Below are positions 39,590-49,717 of a stretch of DNA of 64,000 nt, in pieces; the stretch's first letter is position 1; each line of letters starts with the position of its first letter. The stretch is from an uncultured Pseudomonadota bacterium. GTDB lineage: Bacteria; Pseudomonadota; Alphaproteobacteria; Acetobacterales; Acetobacteraceae. The position numbers and the translations under genes were made by a program. Location: the NCBI GenBank assembly GCA_963798115.1, contig CAWCRT010000003.1:44209-108208 (forward strand), read 5' to 3'. A model generated the notes under the pieces. It was not told where the DNA came from. It saw only the letters and a list, made by a program, of their open reading frames with translations, and did no database searches.

Positions 39590-40558
39590 CCTCCGGAAGC
39601 GTTCGCGATATTCGCTAGGGCCGGTGCCAATACGGCGCAGGAAGGCCCGCCGCATCGTGTCGGGATTGGCAAAGCCGCAGCGGGCAGCCACGCGTTGCAG
39701 TGCCGTGTCGGTGTCTTCGAGCAGGCGGCGCGCGGAATTGACCCGCGCCATTTCAACGAAATCGCCCGGCGTAGCCCCGGCCTCTTGCAAGAACACGCGG
39801 GTGAAATTGCGCACGCTCATGCCCGCTCGCCCGGCGAGCGTGTTCACCGACAAATCGAGGGAAAGATGGTCGAGCACCCAATGCTGCACTGACTGGATAC
39901 GCCCCTCGGTCGCCACCTGCGCGGCAAGATGGGCGCTGAATTGTGACTGGCCGCCGGGGCGCTTGAGGAAGACCACGAGGCGCCGGGCGACGGCCAAGGC
40001 CAGTTCGCGGCCATGATCGTCTTCGATCAGCTTGAGTGCCAGGTCGATCCCCGCGGTGACGCCGGCCGATGTCCAGAGCGGGCCGTCTTCCACATAGATC
40101 CGGTCCGGCTCGATCCGCGCGGCGGGGAAGCGCTCCGCCAGTTCGGCGGCGTGCTGCCAATGAGTCGTGGCGCTCAGCCCATCGAGCAATCCGGCCGCGC
40201 CGAGGAAGAAAGCGCCGGTGCAGACAGACCCGTAGCGCCGCACTTGCGGGGCGCGGTTGCGCAGCCAGCCATGCAGATCGGTGCTCGTGTAGGCTTGGGC
40301 GTAAGACGGCGTGCCGGCGACGAGCAGCGTGTCGATCGTGCCCTCATCTTCGAAGATCGAGCTTTCGGCGAGAATGGACATGCCGCCGGCCCGCACGACC
40401 CGGTCGTGGCCGGCCGCCACAAGGCGAACTGCATAATGGCAGCGACCGGGGGCCTGGCGGTTGGCTTCGAGGAAAGCGTCAAGCGGTCCGGAGACGTCGA
40501 GAGACTGCGCGTCCTCCGGGACGATGATTGCAATGGGTTGGGGCCGAACTTCAGTCAT
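39587..40558 (-). CDS. GlxA-family transcriptional regulator (DJ-1/PfpI domain plus AraC HTH)
   Basis: N-terminal class-I amidotransferase-like domain (SVCTGAFFLGAAGLLDG) and C-terminal AraC-type HTH. Confidence 0.85.
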   Translation of the reverse strand: MTEVRPQPIAIIVPEDAQSLDVSGPLDAFLEANRQAPGRCHYAVRLVAAGHDRVVRAGGMSILAESSIFEDEGTIDTLLVAGTPSYAQAYTSTDLHGWLRNRAPQVRRYGSVCTGAFFLGAAGLLDGLSATTHWQHAAELAERFPAARIEPDRIYVEDGPLWTSAGVTAGIDLALKLIEDDHGRELALAVARRLVVFLKRPGGQSQFSAHLAAQVATEGRIQSVQHWVLDHLSLDLSVNTLAGRAGMSVRNFTRVFLQEAGATPGDFVEMARVNSARRLLEDTDTALQRVAARCGFANPDTMRRAFLRRIGTGPSEYRERFRR

Positions 40559-40595
40559 GTTCCGCCCCTACGCATGGCGCTTTCGCCGGCTTGGA

Positions 40596-41573
40596 TCAAG
40601 ACCGCTTGGCGCGCTCGTGAAAGATCGATCCGATGAAATCGAGGCTGGTCCGCGCCGCGAGCAGCGAGGTGACGCCGGAAGGGTCGTAAGGCGGCGAGAC
40701 CTCGACGAAATCCACACCGGCGACGTCGAAGCGCTTGGCCACTTCGCGCAGAATGTCCTTCACCTCGTAATAGGTGAAACCACCATGGCTGATGGTCCCC
40801 GTGCCCGGCGCGATCGACGGATCGAAACTGTCGATGTCGATCGACACATAGACCCGCTCGCGATCGGGAATATGGGCGAGTGCCGCGACCGCGCCGATGG
40901 TCCGGCATTTCCGCAAGCTGAACATATGCGTGCCATAGGCCTTCGCGGCCTCGTAATCCTTCTGGCTCACCGACCCCATATTGCGCGGGCCGAGCGTGGT
41001 GATGCCTTTGACATGCGCCATTTCCGAGGCGCGCCGCATCGGGCAGCCATGACCCCAGGTGATGCCGTTACGGCCATCCACGAAATCGAAATGCGCGTCG
41101 AGATGGATGATGTGGACCGGCTTTTCGTTGGAATAGGCTGCGATCGTCGCCATGCTGATGGCGTGGTCACCACCGAAAATAAAGGGCATCGTTTTCGCAT
41201 CGAGCATGGCGCGAACCGCCAGCTCGGCATTGGCCAGGCTGAGCCGTGCATCGGCATAGACCACGTCGGCATCGCCGGCATCGACGATCTTCACGTCCTT
41301 GGCGGAGAGATAGGTGACCTCATCCTCGAAATCGAAGGAGCCGGCAGGGCCGAAGCTGTGGAACATCGACATTTCGCGAATGGCGCGAGGCCCGAAGCGG
41401 GTGCCGGCGCGGTAGCTCGACGCCGTGTCGATCGGCACGCCGAGAATCGCGACGTCGGCGCCGTCCAACTTGTCCCAATCGGTGCAGGCGGGTTGACCGG
41501 CAAAGGTCACCAGCCCCGAGAATGGCGGGTCCATCCGCTCCGGCATATTCCGGCTGATTTTCGCGGTATTCAT
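40596..41573 (-). CDS. Agmatinase/ureohydrolase family protein
   Basis: Mn-binding motifs GGDHAIS, HLDAHFD and SIDIDSFDP. Confidence 0.85.
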   Translation of the reverse strand: MNTAKISRNMPERMDPPFSGLVTFAGQPACTDWDKLDGADVAILGVPIDTASSYRAGTRFGPRAIREMSMFHSFGPAGSFDFEDEVTYLSAKDVKIVDAGDADVVYADARLSLANAELAVRAMLDAKTMPFIFGGDHAISMATIAAYSNEKPVHIIHLDAHFDFVDGRNGITWGHGCPMRRASEMAHVKGITTLGPRNMGSVSQKDYEAAKAYGTHMFSLRKCRTIGAVAALAHIPDRERVYVSIDIDSFDPSIAPGTGTISHGGFTYYEVKDILREVAKRFDVAGVDFVEVSPPYDPSGVTSLLAARTSLDFIGSIFHERAKRS

Positions 41574-41778
41574 TGAGGGAATCCATCCTTGTCTCGCCCG
41601 CCGGCCTGGGCGCGGCGGTCTGGAGCATGATTGCTTCAGCTCGTTGAGAATGAAGAAACTTACCGCCGTTTCCAGGCGGCCCGCTCTGCCGGGCCGGTGG
41701 TGCCCACCAGCCCGACATTTAAGCTTTCAGTCCAAGGCTCCGGAGCATGACGGGTCATGCTCCGGAGCCTTCGGGAAA

Positions 41779-42432
41779 TCAGCAGATCTCTTCGGTGACG
41801 CCCTGGCGTTCGTAGGCGCGGCGAACCGCAGGAAGGGCGGTGACCATGTCGAGCAGTCGGGCGATGGCGGGGCGCGCGCGCGGCGGCTTGGTCATCGGGC
41901 GAGCCCAGCGGGCGAGCATGACCAGATAGAAGTCGGCGGCGCTCAGGCTGCCACCCATGAAGAGCGGGCCGTTCGCCTGGAGATGCTGCTCGATGACGTC
42001 CAGATAGGCGCCGGCGCGGGCTTCGGCGCCAGCCTTCACGATCGCGGTGGCGGCGGCATCGTTACCGGTGAGGCGATCAGGGTACTGCCAGATCATCAGC
42101 TCTTCCTGCAGCGAGTTCGTCAGGAAGCTCATCCACTGGTAGAATTTCGCGCGTTCCGGGGTGCCGACTTTCGGCGCCAGGCCGCCCTCGGGGTGCCGAT
42201 CGACCAGATGCAGGCAAATCGCCGCCGCCTCGAACAAAGCGACGCCGTTATCGACCAGGGTCGGAATGCGGCCGTTCGGGTTGATCTTCAGATATTCAGC
42301 GGATTTCTGCGCGTTATTGGCGCGCTCGACGAGCACGAGCTCGTAGGGCTGGCCGAGCTCTTCGAGCACCATTTGCGGCGCGGCATTGGCGTTGCTGGGA
42401 AAATAATGAAGCTGGTACAATTTCGTCTCCAT
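41779..42432 (-). CDS. Glutathione S-transferase
   Basis: METKLYQLHYFPSNANAAPQMVLEELG...INPNGRIPTL. The track ORF (to 43095) is trimmed to ATG 42432. Confidence 0.85.
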   Translation of the reverse strand: METKLYQLHYFPSNANAAPQMVLEELGQPYELVLVERANNAQKSAEYLKINPNGRIPTLVDNGVALFEAAAICLHLVDRHPEGGLAPKVGTPERAKFYQWMSFLTNSLQEELMIWQYPDRLTGNDAAATAIVKAGAEARAGAYLDVIEQHLQANGPLFMGGSLSAADFYLVMLARWARPMTKPPRARPAIARLLDMVTALPAVRRAYERQGVTEEIC

Positions 42433-42663
42433 TTGGTGTGGCTTTGCCGCGTGAAAGATAGATTTCCCTGAGCCCGGCCACAACGTAAGACACACGTCAT
42501 TTTTGGCCAAACTCGCGCCGATTATGGCCGTCTTGGTCCTGGTAGGCATCGCCGGGGTTGGCCGGCCGGCACCGTGGACAGACGGCGCTTTTCCCTGCAA
42601 ATTCAGGCAAGGTCGCCGCAAATCCGCGCCATAAAAATATAAACGTTTGGGGGAACATCCGTC

Positions 42664-43719
42664 ATGCCGCTTTTCCGGGAACAAGATCTGCGTGCCATCA
42701 CCTCGCTGATCGTCAGCCGCATGGGCAGCGATGCAGAGGAAGCCGGGCTCGTCACCGACCATCTGCTGCGCGCCAATCTCGCCGGCCACGATAGCCATGG
42801 CGTCGGCATGTTGCCGATCTATGTGCGGCTGCTGCGTGAAGCTCTGCTGGTACCGAACCAGAGCCTGCAAACCGTGCTGGATTTCGGCGCGCTGCTGGTG
42901 TTCGAGGCGGAGAGGGGCTTTGGCCAGCGCATGGCGGCCCAGGCGGTCGACCAGGCGATCGCCCGAGCGAAAACCTTGGGCGCCTGTGTGATGAGCCTGC
43001 GCAACAGCTCGCATATCGGCCGCATCGGCACCTATGGCGAGCAGGCGGCGGCGGCCGGCATGGGCTTTATCGGCTATGTGAACGTCACCGACCATTGGGA
43101 CATTTCAGCCCCTTACGCCTGCGCGGAAGGCAGGCTGGGCACCAACCCGTTCGTCACCTCCGTGCCCGGGCCTGAAGGGCCGCTGCTGCTGGATATGGCC
43201 ACCACCACCATCGCCGCCGGCAAGGCGCGCGTGGCCCGCAACAAGGGGCAGAACGTGCCGACCGGTTGCCTGCTGGATGCCGGCGGCCAGCCGACCCAGG
43301 ACCCGACGCCGTTCATCGATGAGCGCATCGGCGCGCTGACCACCTTCGGCGCTCATAAAGGTTCGGGCCTGGCGGTGATGTGCGAGATCATGGCCGGCGC
43401 CATCGGCGGCGGGAAGCGCGCCGGTGAGCCGGCCAGCGGCGGCATCGTGAACAGCATGTTCGCGATTTTGGTGGATCTGTCCCCTCTTGGCGGGGCTAAG
43501 CTGCAGGGCTCTGTGCAAGCCACGCTCGACCATATCCGCGCCGCGCGCATCGCCCCTGGCTTCACGGAAATCCTGCTCCCCGGCGAGCCGGAACGCCGCA
43601 TGGCGGCAGAGCGGCGGGCACAGGGCATTCCGCTGGATGAAATGAGCTGGGCACAAATCCGCGAAGCGGCGGTTAGCCTGGGCATTACTGAGGCTGAGTT
43701 CGCTGCTTGCACGGCTTAG
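42664..43719 (+). CDS. Ldh_2 family (malate/L-lactate/ureidoglycolate dehydrogenase-like) oxidoreductase
   Basis: LLRANLAGHDSHGVGMLP and NSSHIGRIG motifs are typical of the family. Confidence 0.85.
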   Translation: MPLFREQDLRAITSLIVSRMGSDAEEAGLVTDHLLRANLAGHDSHGVGMLPIYVRLLREALLVPNQSLQTVLDFGALLVFEAERGFGQRMAAQAVDQAIARAKTLGACVMSLRNSSHIGRIGTYGEQAAAAGMGFIGYVNVTDHWDISAPYACAEGRLGTNPFVTSVPGPEGPLLLDMATTTIAAGKARVARNKGQNVPTGCLLDAGGQPTQDPTPFIDERIGALTTFGAHKGSGLAVMCEIMAGAIGGGKRAGEPASGGIVNSMFAILVDLSPLGGAKLQGSVQATLDHIRAARIAPGFTEILLPGEPERRMAAERRAQGIPLDEMSWAQIREAAVSLGITEAEFAACTA

Positions 43720-43865
43720 AGGGAAGTTAAGAAAGAAGCCGCTTTTTGGAAAAAGCGGCGCAAAAACTTTTTTGAGTTTGGGCCCGTGGCGCTCGAACGG
43801 CACGGGACCAAACTAACAAAGTTTTTTTGCTACTTTTTGTTCACAAAAAGTAGCGCTTCCTTTCA
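43717..43865. repeat. Nested-palindrome element, full copy H
   Basis: Spans from the TAG of the Ldh2 gene to the stop of the convergent SDR gene. Arms GCCGCTTTTTGGAAAAAGCGGC and GCTACTTTTTGTTCACAAAAAGTAGC. Confidence 0.9.
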
Positions 43866-44630
43866 AAGCACGGCGGTGATGCCGCCATCGACATAGACGA
43901 TCTGGCCGTTCACGTAATCCGACGCGCCCGAGGCAAGAAACACTGCGGTGCCGATCAGATCTTCCGGCCGTCCCCAGCGTTGCGCCGGCGTGCGGGTGCG
44001 CAGCCAGGATGCAAAATCCGGATTGTCGGCCAAGACGGAGGTCATGTCGGTGAGCATGAAGCCAGGGCCGATCGCGTTGGCCTGGAGCCCGTGTGCGGCC
44101 CATTCGGCGGCCATGGCCTGGGTGAGCAGTTTGATGCCGCCTTTGGCCGCCGCATAGGGCGCGACCGTGGCCCGCGCCAACCCGCTCATCAGCGAGCCGA
44201 TATTGATGATCTTGCCGTGGCCGCGCGGGATCATTCGCTTTGCCGCCTCCCGCCCGATGGTGAAGGCGCTGGTCAGGTTGGTATCGATAACGCGCTGCCA
44301 TTCCGCCGTGGTCAGCTCGATCATGGGCTTGCGCAGCTGGATGCCGGCATTGTTGACGAGAATATCGATATTGGTGCCGGCCTCGTCCAGCCGGGCGAAA
44401 GCGGCAATGACCGCGGCTTCGTCGGTCACGTCGAAAGCCAGCTCCTGCACGTTATATCCAGCCTCTCGCAGCGATGCGGAAGCTGCGCTCAACCGCTCCA
44501 CATTGGCGCCGTTCAGCACGAGCGAGGCGCCAGCCGCGGCCAGGCCGGCCGCGATCGCCTGGCCCAGCCCGCGCGACGAACCCGTAACAAGGGCGGTGCG
44601 GCCGGAGAGGTCAAAAAGAGTCTGTGTCAT
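43863..44630 (-). CDS. SDR oxidoreductase (gluconate 5-dehydrogenase-like)
   Basis: ALVTGSSRGLG, NNAG and YAAAKGG motifs. Confidence 0.85.
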   Translation of the reverse strand: MTQTLFDLSGRTALVTGSSRGLGQAIAAGLAAAGASLVLNGANVERLSAASASLREAGYNVQELAFDVTDEAAVIAAFARLDEAGTNIDILVNNAGIQLRKPMIELTTAEWQRVIDTNLTSAFTIGREAAKRMIPRGHGKIINIGSLMSGLARATVAPYAAAKGGIKLLTQAMAAEWAAHGLQANAIGPGFMLTDMTSVLADNPDFASWLRTRTPAQRWGRPEDLIGTAVFLASGASDYVNGQIVYVDGGITAVL

Positions 44631-44693
44631 TTTTATCTCGTTTCCTTCGCGATTGTTCTTGGTCTTGGCGAGGATGGCATGAGATTGAGTTGA

Positions 44694-44814
44694 GTGAAAG
44701 GAAGAGGCGCTTTTTGAAAAAAGCGCAGGCCCGTGGCAGCTCCACCAGAACGGCCCAAGTTAGCAAAGTTTTTTTGCTACTTTTTGTTCACAAAAAGTAG
44801 CCTTCCTTCCTTTT
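44694..44814. repeat. Nested-palindrome element, full copy I (left linker deleted)
   Basis: GTGAAAGGAAGAG, arm GCGCTTTTTGAAAAAAGCGC directly abutting the central hairpin, linker, arm GCTACTTTTTGTTCACAAAAAGTAGC, CTTCCTTCCTTTT. Confidence 0.85.
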
Positions 44815-44822
44815 GTCTTGCT

Positions 44823-45545
44823 TCACGCCACGCCATGCCCCGCCCCCAGCAGCGCACTTTTGAACGAATTATCCTGCAATAGATTGGCGCTGTAATCGCT
44901 GCGGATGATACGGCCGGTTTCGAGCAGATAGGCGCGATGGGCGATGCGCAGGCTGAGATTCACATTCTGCTCGACGAGCAGGATCGTCATGCCCTGGCGG
45001 TTGAGTTCCTCGATGGTCCGGAACACCTGTTTGACGATGACGGGGGCGAGGCCGAGCGATGGCTCGTCGAGCATCAGCAATTGCGGTCGGGCCATCAGGC
45101 CGCGCCCGATCGCAAGCATCTGTTGCTGGCCGCCGCTCAAGGACCAGCCCATTTGCGTATAAAGCCGCTTCAGGTCAGGGAAAATATCCAGCACGCGCTC
45201 GATGTCCTGCTCGGTCTCGCGGCGCGTGGCGTGGCGGTTGGAAGTGCCCATGATCAGATTTTCGCGCACCGTCAGGCCAGGAAATACATGGCGGCCTTCA
45301 GGAACATGGGCGATGCCTCTCCGCACCACCTGTTCGGGGCTCAAACGCTCAATCGGCTCGTCCTGAAAAGCGATACTGCCGCGTAACGGGTGGAGAAGAC
45401 CGGAAATGGTTTTGAGCGTGGTCGATTTTCCCGCGCCGTTCATGCCGAGCAGGACGATGATCTCGCCTTGCATGACTTCCAGGCTGATATCGTGCAAGGC
45501 GCGGACTGCGCCGTAATTGGTCTGGATGTTGTGGAGCTTAAGCAT
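44823..45545 (-). CDS. livF: Branched-chain amino acid ABC transporter ATP-binding protein
   Basis: Walker A GMNGAGKST, signature LSGGQQQ, Walker B LLMLDEPS. Confidence 0.9.
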   Translation of the reverse strand: MLKLHNIQTNYGAVRALHDISLEVMQGEIIVLLGMNGAGKSTTLKTISGLLHPLRGSIAFQDEPIERLSPEQVVRRGIAHVPEGRHVFPGLTVRENLIMGTSNRHATRRETEQDIERVLDIFPDLKRLYTQMGWSLSGGQQQMLAIGRGLMARPQLLMLDEPSLGLAPVIVKQVFRTIEELNRQGMTILLVEQNVNLSLRIAHRAYLLETGRIIRSDYSANLLQDNSFKSALLGAGHGVA

Positions 45546-47340
45546 AGGCGATGTCGTCCCCCAGATAGGCTTTCACCACGGCCGGATCCTGCAACACGTG
45601 CGAGACCGAACCCTCGCTGATTTTCTGGCCGAAATCCATGACATAGGCGCGCGTCGCCACGCTCGAGACGAAGGACATGTCGTGCTCGATCAGGAGCATG
45701 GTCAGCCCCAGCGCATGGATGCGGTAGAGGATTTGCGAGAGCGCCGCGGTCTCTTCGTGATTCATGCCGGCGGCGGGTTCGTCGAGCAGCAGAAGCTCGG
45801 GCGAAGAGACGATGGCCCGGGCGATTTCGACGATGCGCTGTTGCCCGTAAGGCAGGTTTTTGGCTTTGACATCGAGCCGATCGAAGCCAAGGAAATGCAA
45901 TATATCCCGCGCCTTGGTGCGGGCTGTCTCCTCTTCCCGATAACCCAGGGGGCGCGACAGCAATGTACCGACGAGCCCGACCGTGCCTTTCGAAAAATAA
46001 CCGACGGCGACATTCTCGAGGGCGGTAAGCTCGGGAAACAGGCGGATATTCTGGAAGGTCCGGCAGATGCCGAGGCGGTTGATGGCGTTGGGCGGGTTGT
46101 TGCTGATCTCACGGCCGCGATAGGTGATCGAGCCTGAAGAGGTGTTGTAGATCCCGCTCAGCACGTTCAGAACGGTGGTCTTTCCCGAACCGTTGGGTCC
46201 GATGAGCACGGCGACATCGCCTTTGCAGATCGTGAGGTCGAGATTCTGCACGGCCTTGATCCCGCCGAAATGTTTGCTGAGGGCTTTGATTTCGAGGAGT
46301 GGCTCGGTTGTGGCGACCGGGCGGATGGAAGGCGCTGATGCGCCAGCGGCCGGCCTGGTCCACGCGGCGCCCTGGGCGGTCGCTTTCCGGAGTTTCTGGC
46401 CGAGCAAGGCGGCGCCGCGCAACACCAGCCCATACAGCCCCTCGGGCAGAAACAGCACCACGACGACAATCAGAAACCCATAGATCGCGATCGTGTAGGC
46501 TTGAAGGAATCTCAGAACTTCCGGGAGGAAGGTGATGAGTGCGGCGCCGAGGCTGGTACCGATGATCAACTCACGGCCGCCGACCAGCACCATGGCGAAG
46601 AAGGAAACGGATTGGTAGAAACTGAAGACGTCGGGGCTGATATAGAGCGATCCTGAGGCGTAGAGGACGCCGCCAAGCCCGCCCAAGGCGGCGGAGACCG
46701 AGAATGCCAGAACCTTGGTCCAGAAGACGCTGATGCCGTTCGAGGCGGCGGCAATTTCGTCTTCCCTAAGGGCGAGCAGCGCCCAACCCAGCCGCGAGTG
46801 GCGCAGACGGAAAACGACATAGGCGGCGAGGCAAAAGACGCAGAGTGCGAACCAGTAGAAGGTGAGGTCCGTCAGCGTGCCGATACCCGGCAGGGTGGGA
46901 CGCGGAATATTGGCAATGCCGTCAGCGCCGCCGGAAAAGCCGCGCCAATTGTTCAGAACGACCTGCGTGATGATCTGAAATCCGATCGTGACCAGTGCGA
47001 GATAGTGGCTGGCCAGCCGCAGGGAGATGGCGCCGAGGAAAAGGCCGAAAGCCGATGTCACCATGAGCGAGACCAACAGGCTCAGCCAGTAGGAGACACC
47101 ATAGGTCACCGCAAGCACGGAAAAGACATAGGCGCCGATTCCAAAAAACGCAGCCTGCGCCAGCGAAATCTGGCCGGAAAAGCCGAGCAGAACCGTCAGG
47201 CCAAGGGCTGCGGTGGCGTAGGAAACCGTGAGGATCAGCAGCGTCTGATAATAGGCGCCGGTGCGGCCAGCCGGGAGAAACAGCGGTACGAGTGCGAGAA
47301 TGATCGGGAAGGGTAGAAATTTCAGAATCTTGATGATCAT
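45538..47340 (-). CDS. Fused LivM-type permease and LivG-type ATPase
   Basis: The N-terminal 330 aa or so is polytopic and LivM-like. The C-terminal part has GPNGSGKTT, YGQQR and LLLLDEPAAG. Confidence 0.85.
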   Translation of the reverse strand: MIIKILKFLPFPIILALVPLFLPAGRTGAYYQTLLILTVSYATAALGLTVLLGFSGQISLAQAAFFGIGAYVFSVLAVTYGVSYWLSLLVSLMVTSAFGLFLGAISLRLASHYLALVTIGFQIITQVVLNNWRGFSGGADGIANIPRPTLPGIGTLTDLTFYWFALCVFCLAAYVVFRLRHSRLGWALLALREDEIAAASNGISVFWTKVLAFSVSAALGGLGGVLYASGSLYISPDVFSFYQSVSFFAMVLVGGRELIIGTSLGAALITFLPEVLRFLQAYTIAIYGFLIVVVVLFLPEGLYGLVLRGAALLGQKLRKATAQGAAWTRPAAGASAPSIRPVATTEPLLEIKALSKHFGGIKAVQNLDLTICKGDVAVLIGPNGSGKTTVLNVLSGIYNTSSGSITYRGREISNNPPNAINRLGICRTFQNIRLFPELTALENVAVGYFSKGTVGLVGTLLSRPLGYREEETARTKARDILHFLGFDRLDVKAKNLPYGQQRIVEIARAIVSSPELLLLDEPAAGMNHEETAALSQILYRIHALGLTMLLIEHDMSFVSSVATRAYVMDFGQKISEGSVSHVLQDPAVVKAYLGDDIAYA

Positions 47341-47387
47341 GCTGTGTTTCCCGTCGGAGAAGCCAGGTGCCGTGACGGCGTGGGAGA

Positions 47388-48272
47388 CTAGACTTTTTGC
47401 GAGACTTTTTCGCCGAAGAGGCCGAGCGGGCGGAAGATGAGGAAGAGGATCAGAAAGATGAACGGAAACGCGTCGCGGTAAGAGCTGGAGAGATAGGTGG
47501 CGCCGAAGGTCTCAACCAGGCCGATGGCAAGCCCACCCATGATGGCCCCCTTCATGCTGCCGAACCCGCCGACAATCGCCGCGGCGAAGGCCTTCAAGGC
47601 AATGGTGGCGCCCATCGTCGAGGTCACCATATAGACCGGTGCAATCAACAGGCCGGCAAGCCCGGTTAACCCCGTGCTGATCGCGAAAGTAAGAGCGGCC
47701 ATGCGCGAGACCCTGATGCCCATCAGCCGCGCGGTGTCCGGGTCCTGCGCCGTGGCCTGCAACTGCTTGCCAAGTTTGGTTCGTTCAAGAAACCAGTTCA
47801 GAAGCGCCACCAGCACGGCGGTGACGGCAATGATGACGAGATATTGCGGATAAAGCGAGACGCCGGCGATGTGCACGGATTGGGCGCGGAAGATACTCGG
47901 AAGCTGATAGGGCAGGGGACCGTAAATGATCCGGAAAAGTTGCTCGATGAAGGTGGAAGCGCCGACCGTGGCGATCATCACCGGCAGAAAGGTGCGCGGG
48001 CGATTGCGCACAGGCTGGTAAATCAGAAGTTGAAAAAGCGCGCCGCAACCGGCGGTCAGAAGAATGGCCAGGATGATGGCGAGCCAAAAAGGCAGGCGTG
48101 CGCCCAATTCCAAGCTCACCATGAAATAGGCGCCGATCATCGCAAAATCACCTTGCGCGAAATTCACGACATTCACGGAGGAGTAGATCAGGCCGAAGCC
48201 GAGCGCGATGAGGCCATAAATGCTGCCGACCGCGATGCCCGTTACGGCTAGCTGAATGAATTCGGATAACAA
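47388..48272 (-). CDS. livH: Branched-chain amino acid ABC transporter permease
   Basis: LSEFIQLAVTGIAVGSIYGLIALG is a LivH-type N-terminus. TTG 48272 is preceded by AGGAGA. The track start 48434 overlaps the binding-protein gene. Confidence 0.8.
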   Translation of the reverse strand: MLSEFIQLAVTGIAVGSIYGLIALGFGLIYSSVNVVNFAQGDFAMIGAYFMVSLELGARLPFWLAIILAILLTAGCGALFQLLIYQPVRNRPRTFLPVMIATVGASTFIEQLFRIIYGPLPYQLPSIFRAQSVHIAGVSLYPQYLVIIAVTAVLVALLNWFLERTKLGKQLQATAQDPDTARLMGIRVSRMAALTFAISTGLTGLAGLLIAPVYMVTSTMGATIALKAFAAAIVGGFGSMKGAIMGGLAIGLVETFGATYLSSSYRDAFPFIFLILFLIFRPLGLFGEKVSQKV

Positions 48273-48351
48273 GCGCGTTCTCCTGCAATACGGGCTGAAG
48301 GCAAGGCGGCACGGGGCATCACGAACGCCTCGGGCCGCGCGCTGTCCGGGG

Positions 48352-49497
48352 CTACGAGGAGCTGAAATCGACGAATTTGATCGGTTCGGCGGTTTTGTTC
48401 TGGAGTTGCACCACCCAGTAGCCGTGCAGCCCATCGCCGTTCGGGTCGAAGCTGTAGGTTCCCTCGACGCCGTGATAATTCTGCACCGCGTGCATCCCCT
48501 TCTGGATGGCGCTCGGCGATGTTCCGTTTGCGGCCATCACCTGGCCGAGCACGGTTACGGCGTCATACACCCAGGCGCCGAACAGATCCGGCGAGCTGTG
48601 ATATTTCGCCTCATAGGCGCTCGAAAATGCCTTCGATTCCGGTGTTCCCGATGCGACGAAATCCGACACGCCATAGGTGCCGTTCACGGCATTGCCGGCC
48701 AGTTGAATATCGACAGCCGTTGCAATCGAGGGTGAGCCCATGATCTTGATGTTCAAGCCGAGCTGGCGAAGCTGCTTGAGCATCTGCGCCTCGTCTTCGG
48801 CATTGGTCATATAGGTCTCGAGCGTATCCGCGCCGGATCCTTTGATGTTTTCAAGATAAGAGGTGTAATCCTGCGTCGCGGTTGTATAGCCTTGTTCGGT
48901 CAAGACCGGGACGTTGTCTTTTTTCAGCGCGGCAACCAGCAGATTCTTCCCCGCGGTGCCAAAGGCATCCGTGTCGTAGAGGATTGCAACTTTCTTGCCG
49001 CCCATCTCGCCGGTTGAGTACGCCACCATCGCCTGTGAGGCGTAGGTGTCGTTGGGGCGGAAGCGAAACACCCAGGGGTTGCCGATATGGGTCAGTTTCG
49101 GGTCGGTGCCGCCGATCAAAGTGGGGATCTGGTCGCGCAGAACATAGGGGAGCGTGGCCTGGACGATGGTGCTGCGCACCGAGCTGACGATCGCCACGAT
49201 GTTCGGGTCCGAGGCGAGTTTTTCATAAGCGGAGACGCCGGCCTGGTTCTGGTCGCGATCATCTTCGATGACCAGTTTCAGCATCTGTCCATGAATGCCG
49301 CCGCGCGCATTGATCTGGTCGACGGCCAATTGCGCGCCGTTGACCGTGTGGCTGTCGCTCAAGGCGGATGGACCGGAGAGGTCGGCCAGCAGACCGATTT
49401 CAATTGTCCCGCCAGCGGCATGGCCATTGTGAGACATGACGAGCAAGGAGGCTAAACCAAATCCCAAAAGCCGAGCATTGGACATTTGTTTCCCCAT
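48352..49497 (-). CDS. ABC transporter substrate-binding protein (LivK/amide-binding family)
   Basis: Signal peptide followed by a type I periplasmic binding fold sequence. Alternative ATG at 49485. Confidence 0.85.
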   Translation of the reverse strand: MGKQMSNARLLGFGLASLLVMSHNGHAAGGTIEIGLLADLSGPSALSDSHTVNGAQLAVDQINARGGIHGQMLKLVIEDDRDQNQAGVSAYEKLASDPNIVAIVSSVRSTIVQATLPYVLRDQIPTLIGGTDPKLTHIGNPWVFRFRPNDTYASQAMVAYSTGEMGGKKVAILYDTDAFGTAGKNLLVAALKKDNVPVLTEQGYTTATQDYTSYLENIKGSGADTLETYMTNAEDEAQMLKQLRQLGLNIKIMGSPSIATAVDIQLAGNAVNGTYGVSDFVASGTPESKAFSSAYEAKYHSSPDLFGAWVYDAVTVLGQVMAANGTSPSAIQKGMHAVQNYHGVEGTYSFDPNGDGLHGYWVVQLQNKTAEPIKFVDFSSS

Positions 49498-49650
49498 TAT
49501 TTTTTATGTTTTGTGTTTAGACCGGTATGCGGAGCCTAACCCAAAGTCAAGAAAAAAGCCGTTGACATAACCGCGCCTTGCCGAGCGGGATGGGGCAAGA
49601 ACCATGCCGTTTTCTCGCGGCAAGCAACGTGGCTCTGGATGTATCATTCC

Positions 49651-49717
49651 GGCCTCATAACGCCGTGCGGACCAAAAGTTTTTGCGCCGCTTTTTCCAAA
49701 AAGCGGCCGCTTCCTTA
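49651..49717. repeat. Nested-palindrome element, partial copy J
   Basis: ...CGTGCGGACCAAAAGTTTTTGC, then GCCGCTTTTTCCAAAAAGCGGC, then CGCTTCCTTA. Ends on the stop codon of the TPR gene. Confidence 0.8.

Noticed and set aside
41779-43095. The 438-aa ORF extending the GST gene upstream, and similar long N-terminal extensions (34962-35936, 12749-15061, 52962-53825, 47388-48434)
   Set aside because: The extensions overlap neighbouring genes or regulatory sites and have junk-like composition. Internal starts with RBS-like sequences give proteins of the normal family length.
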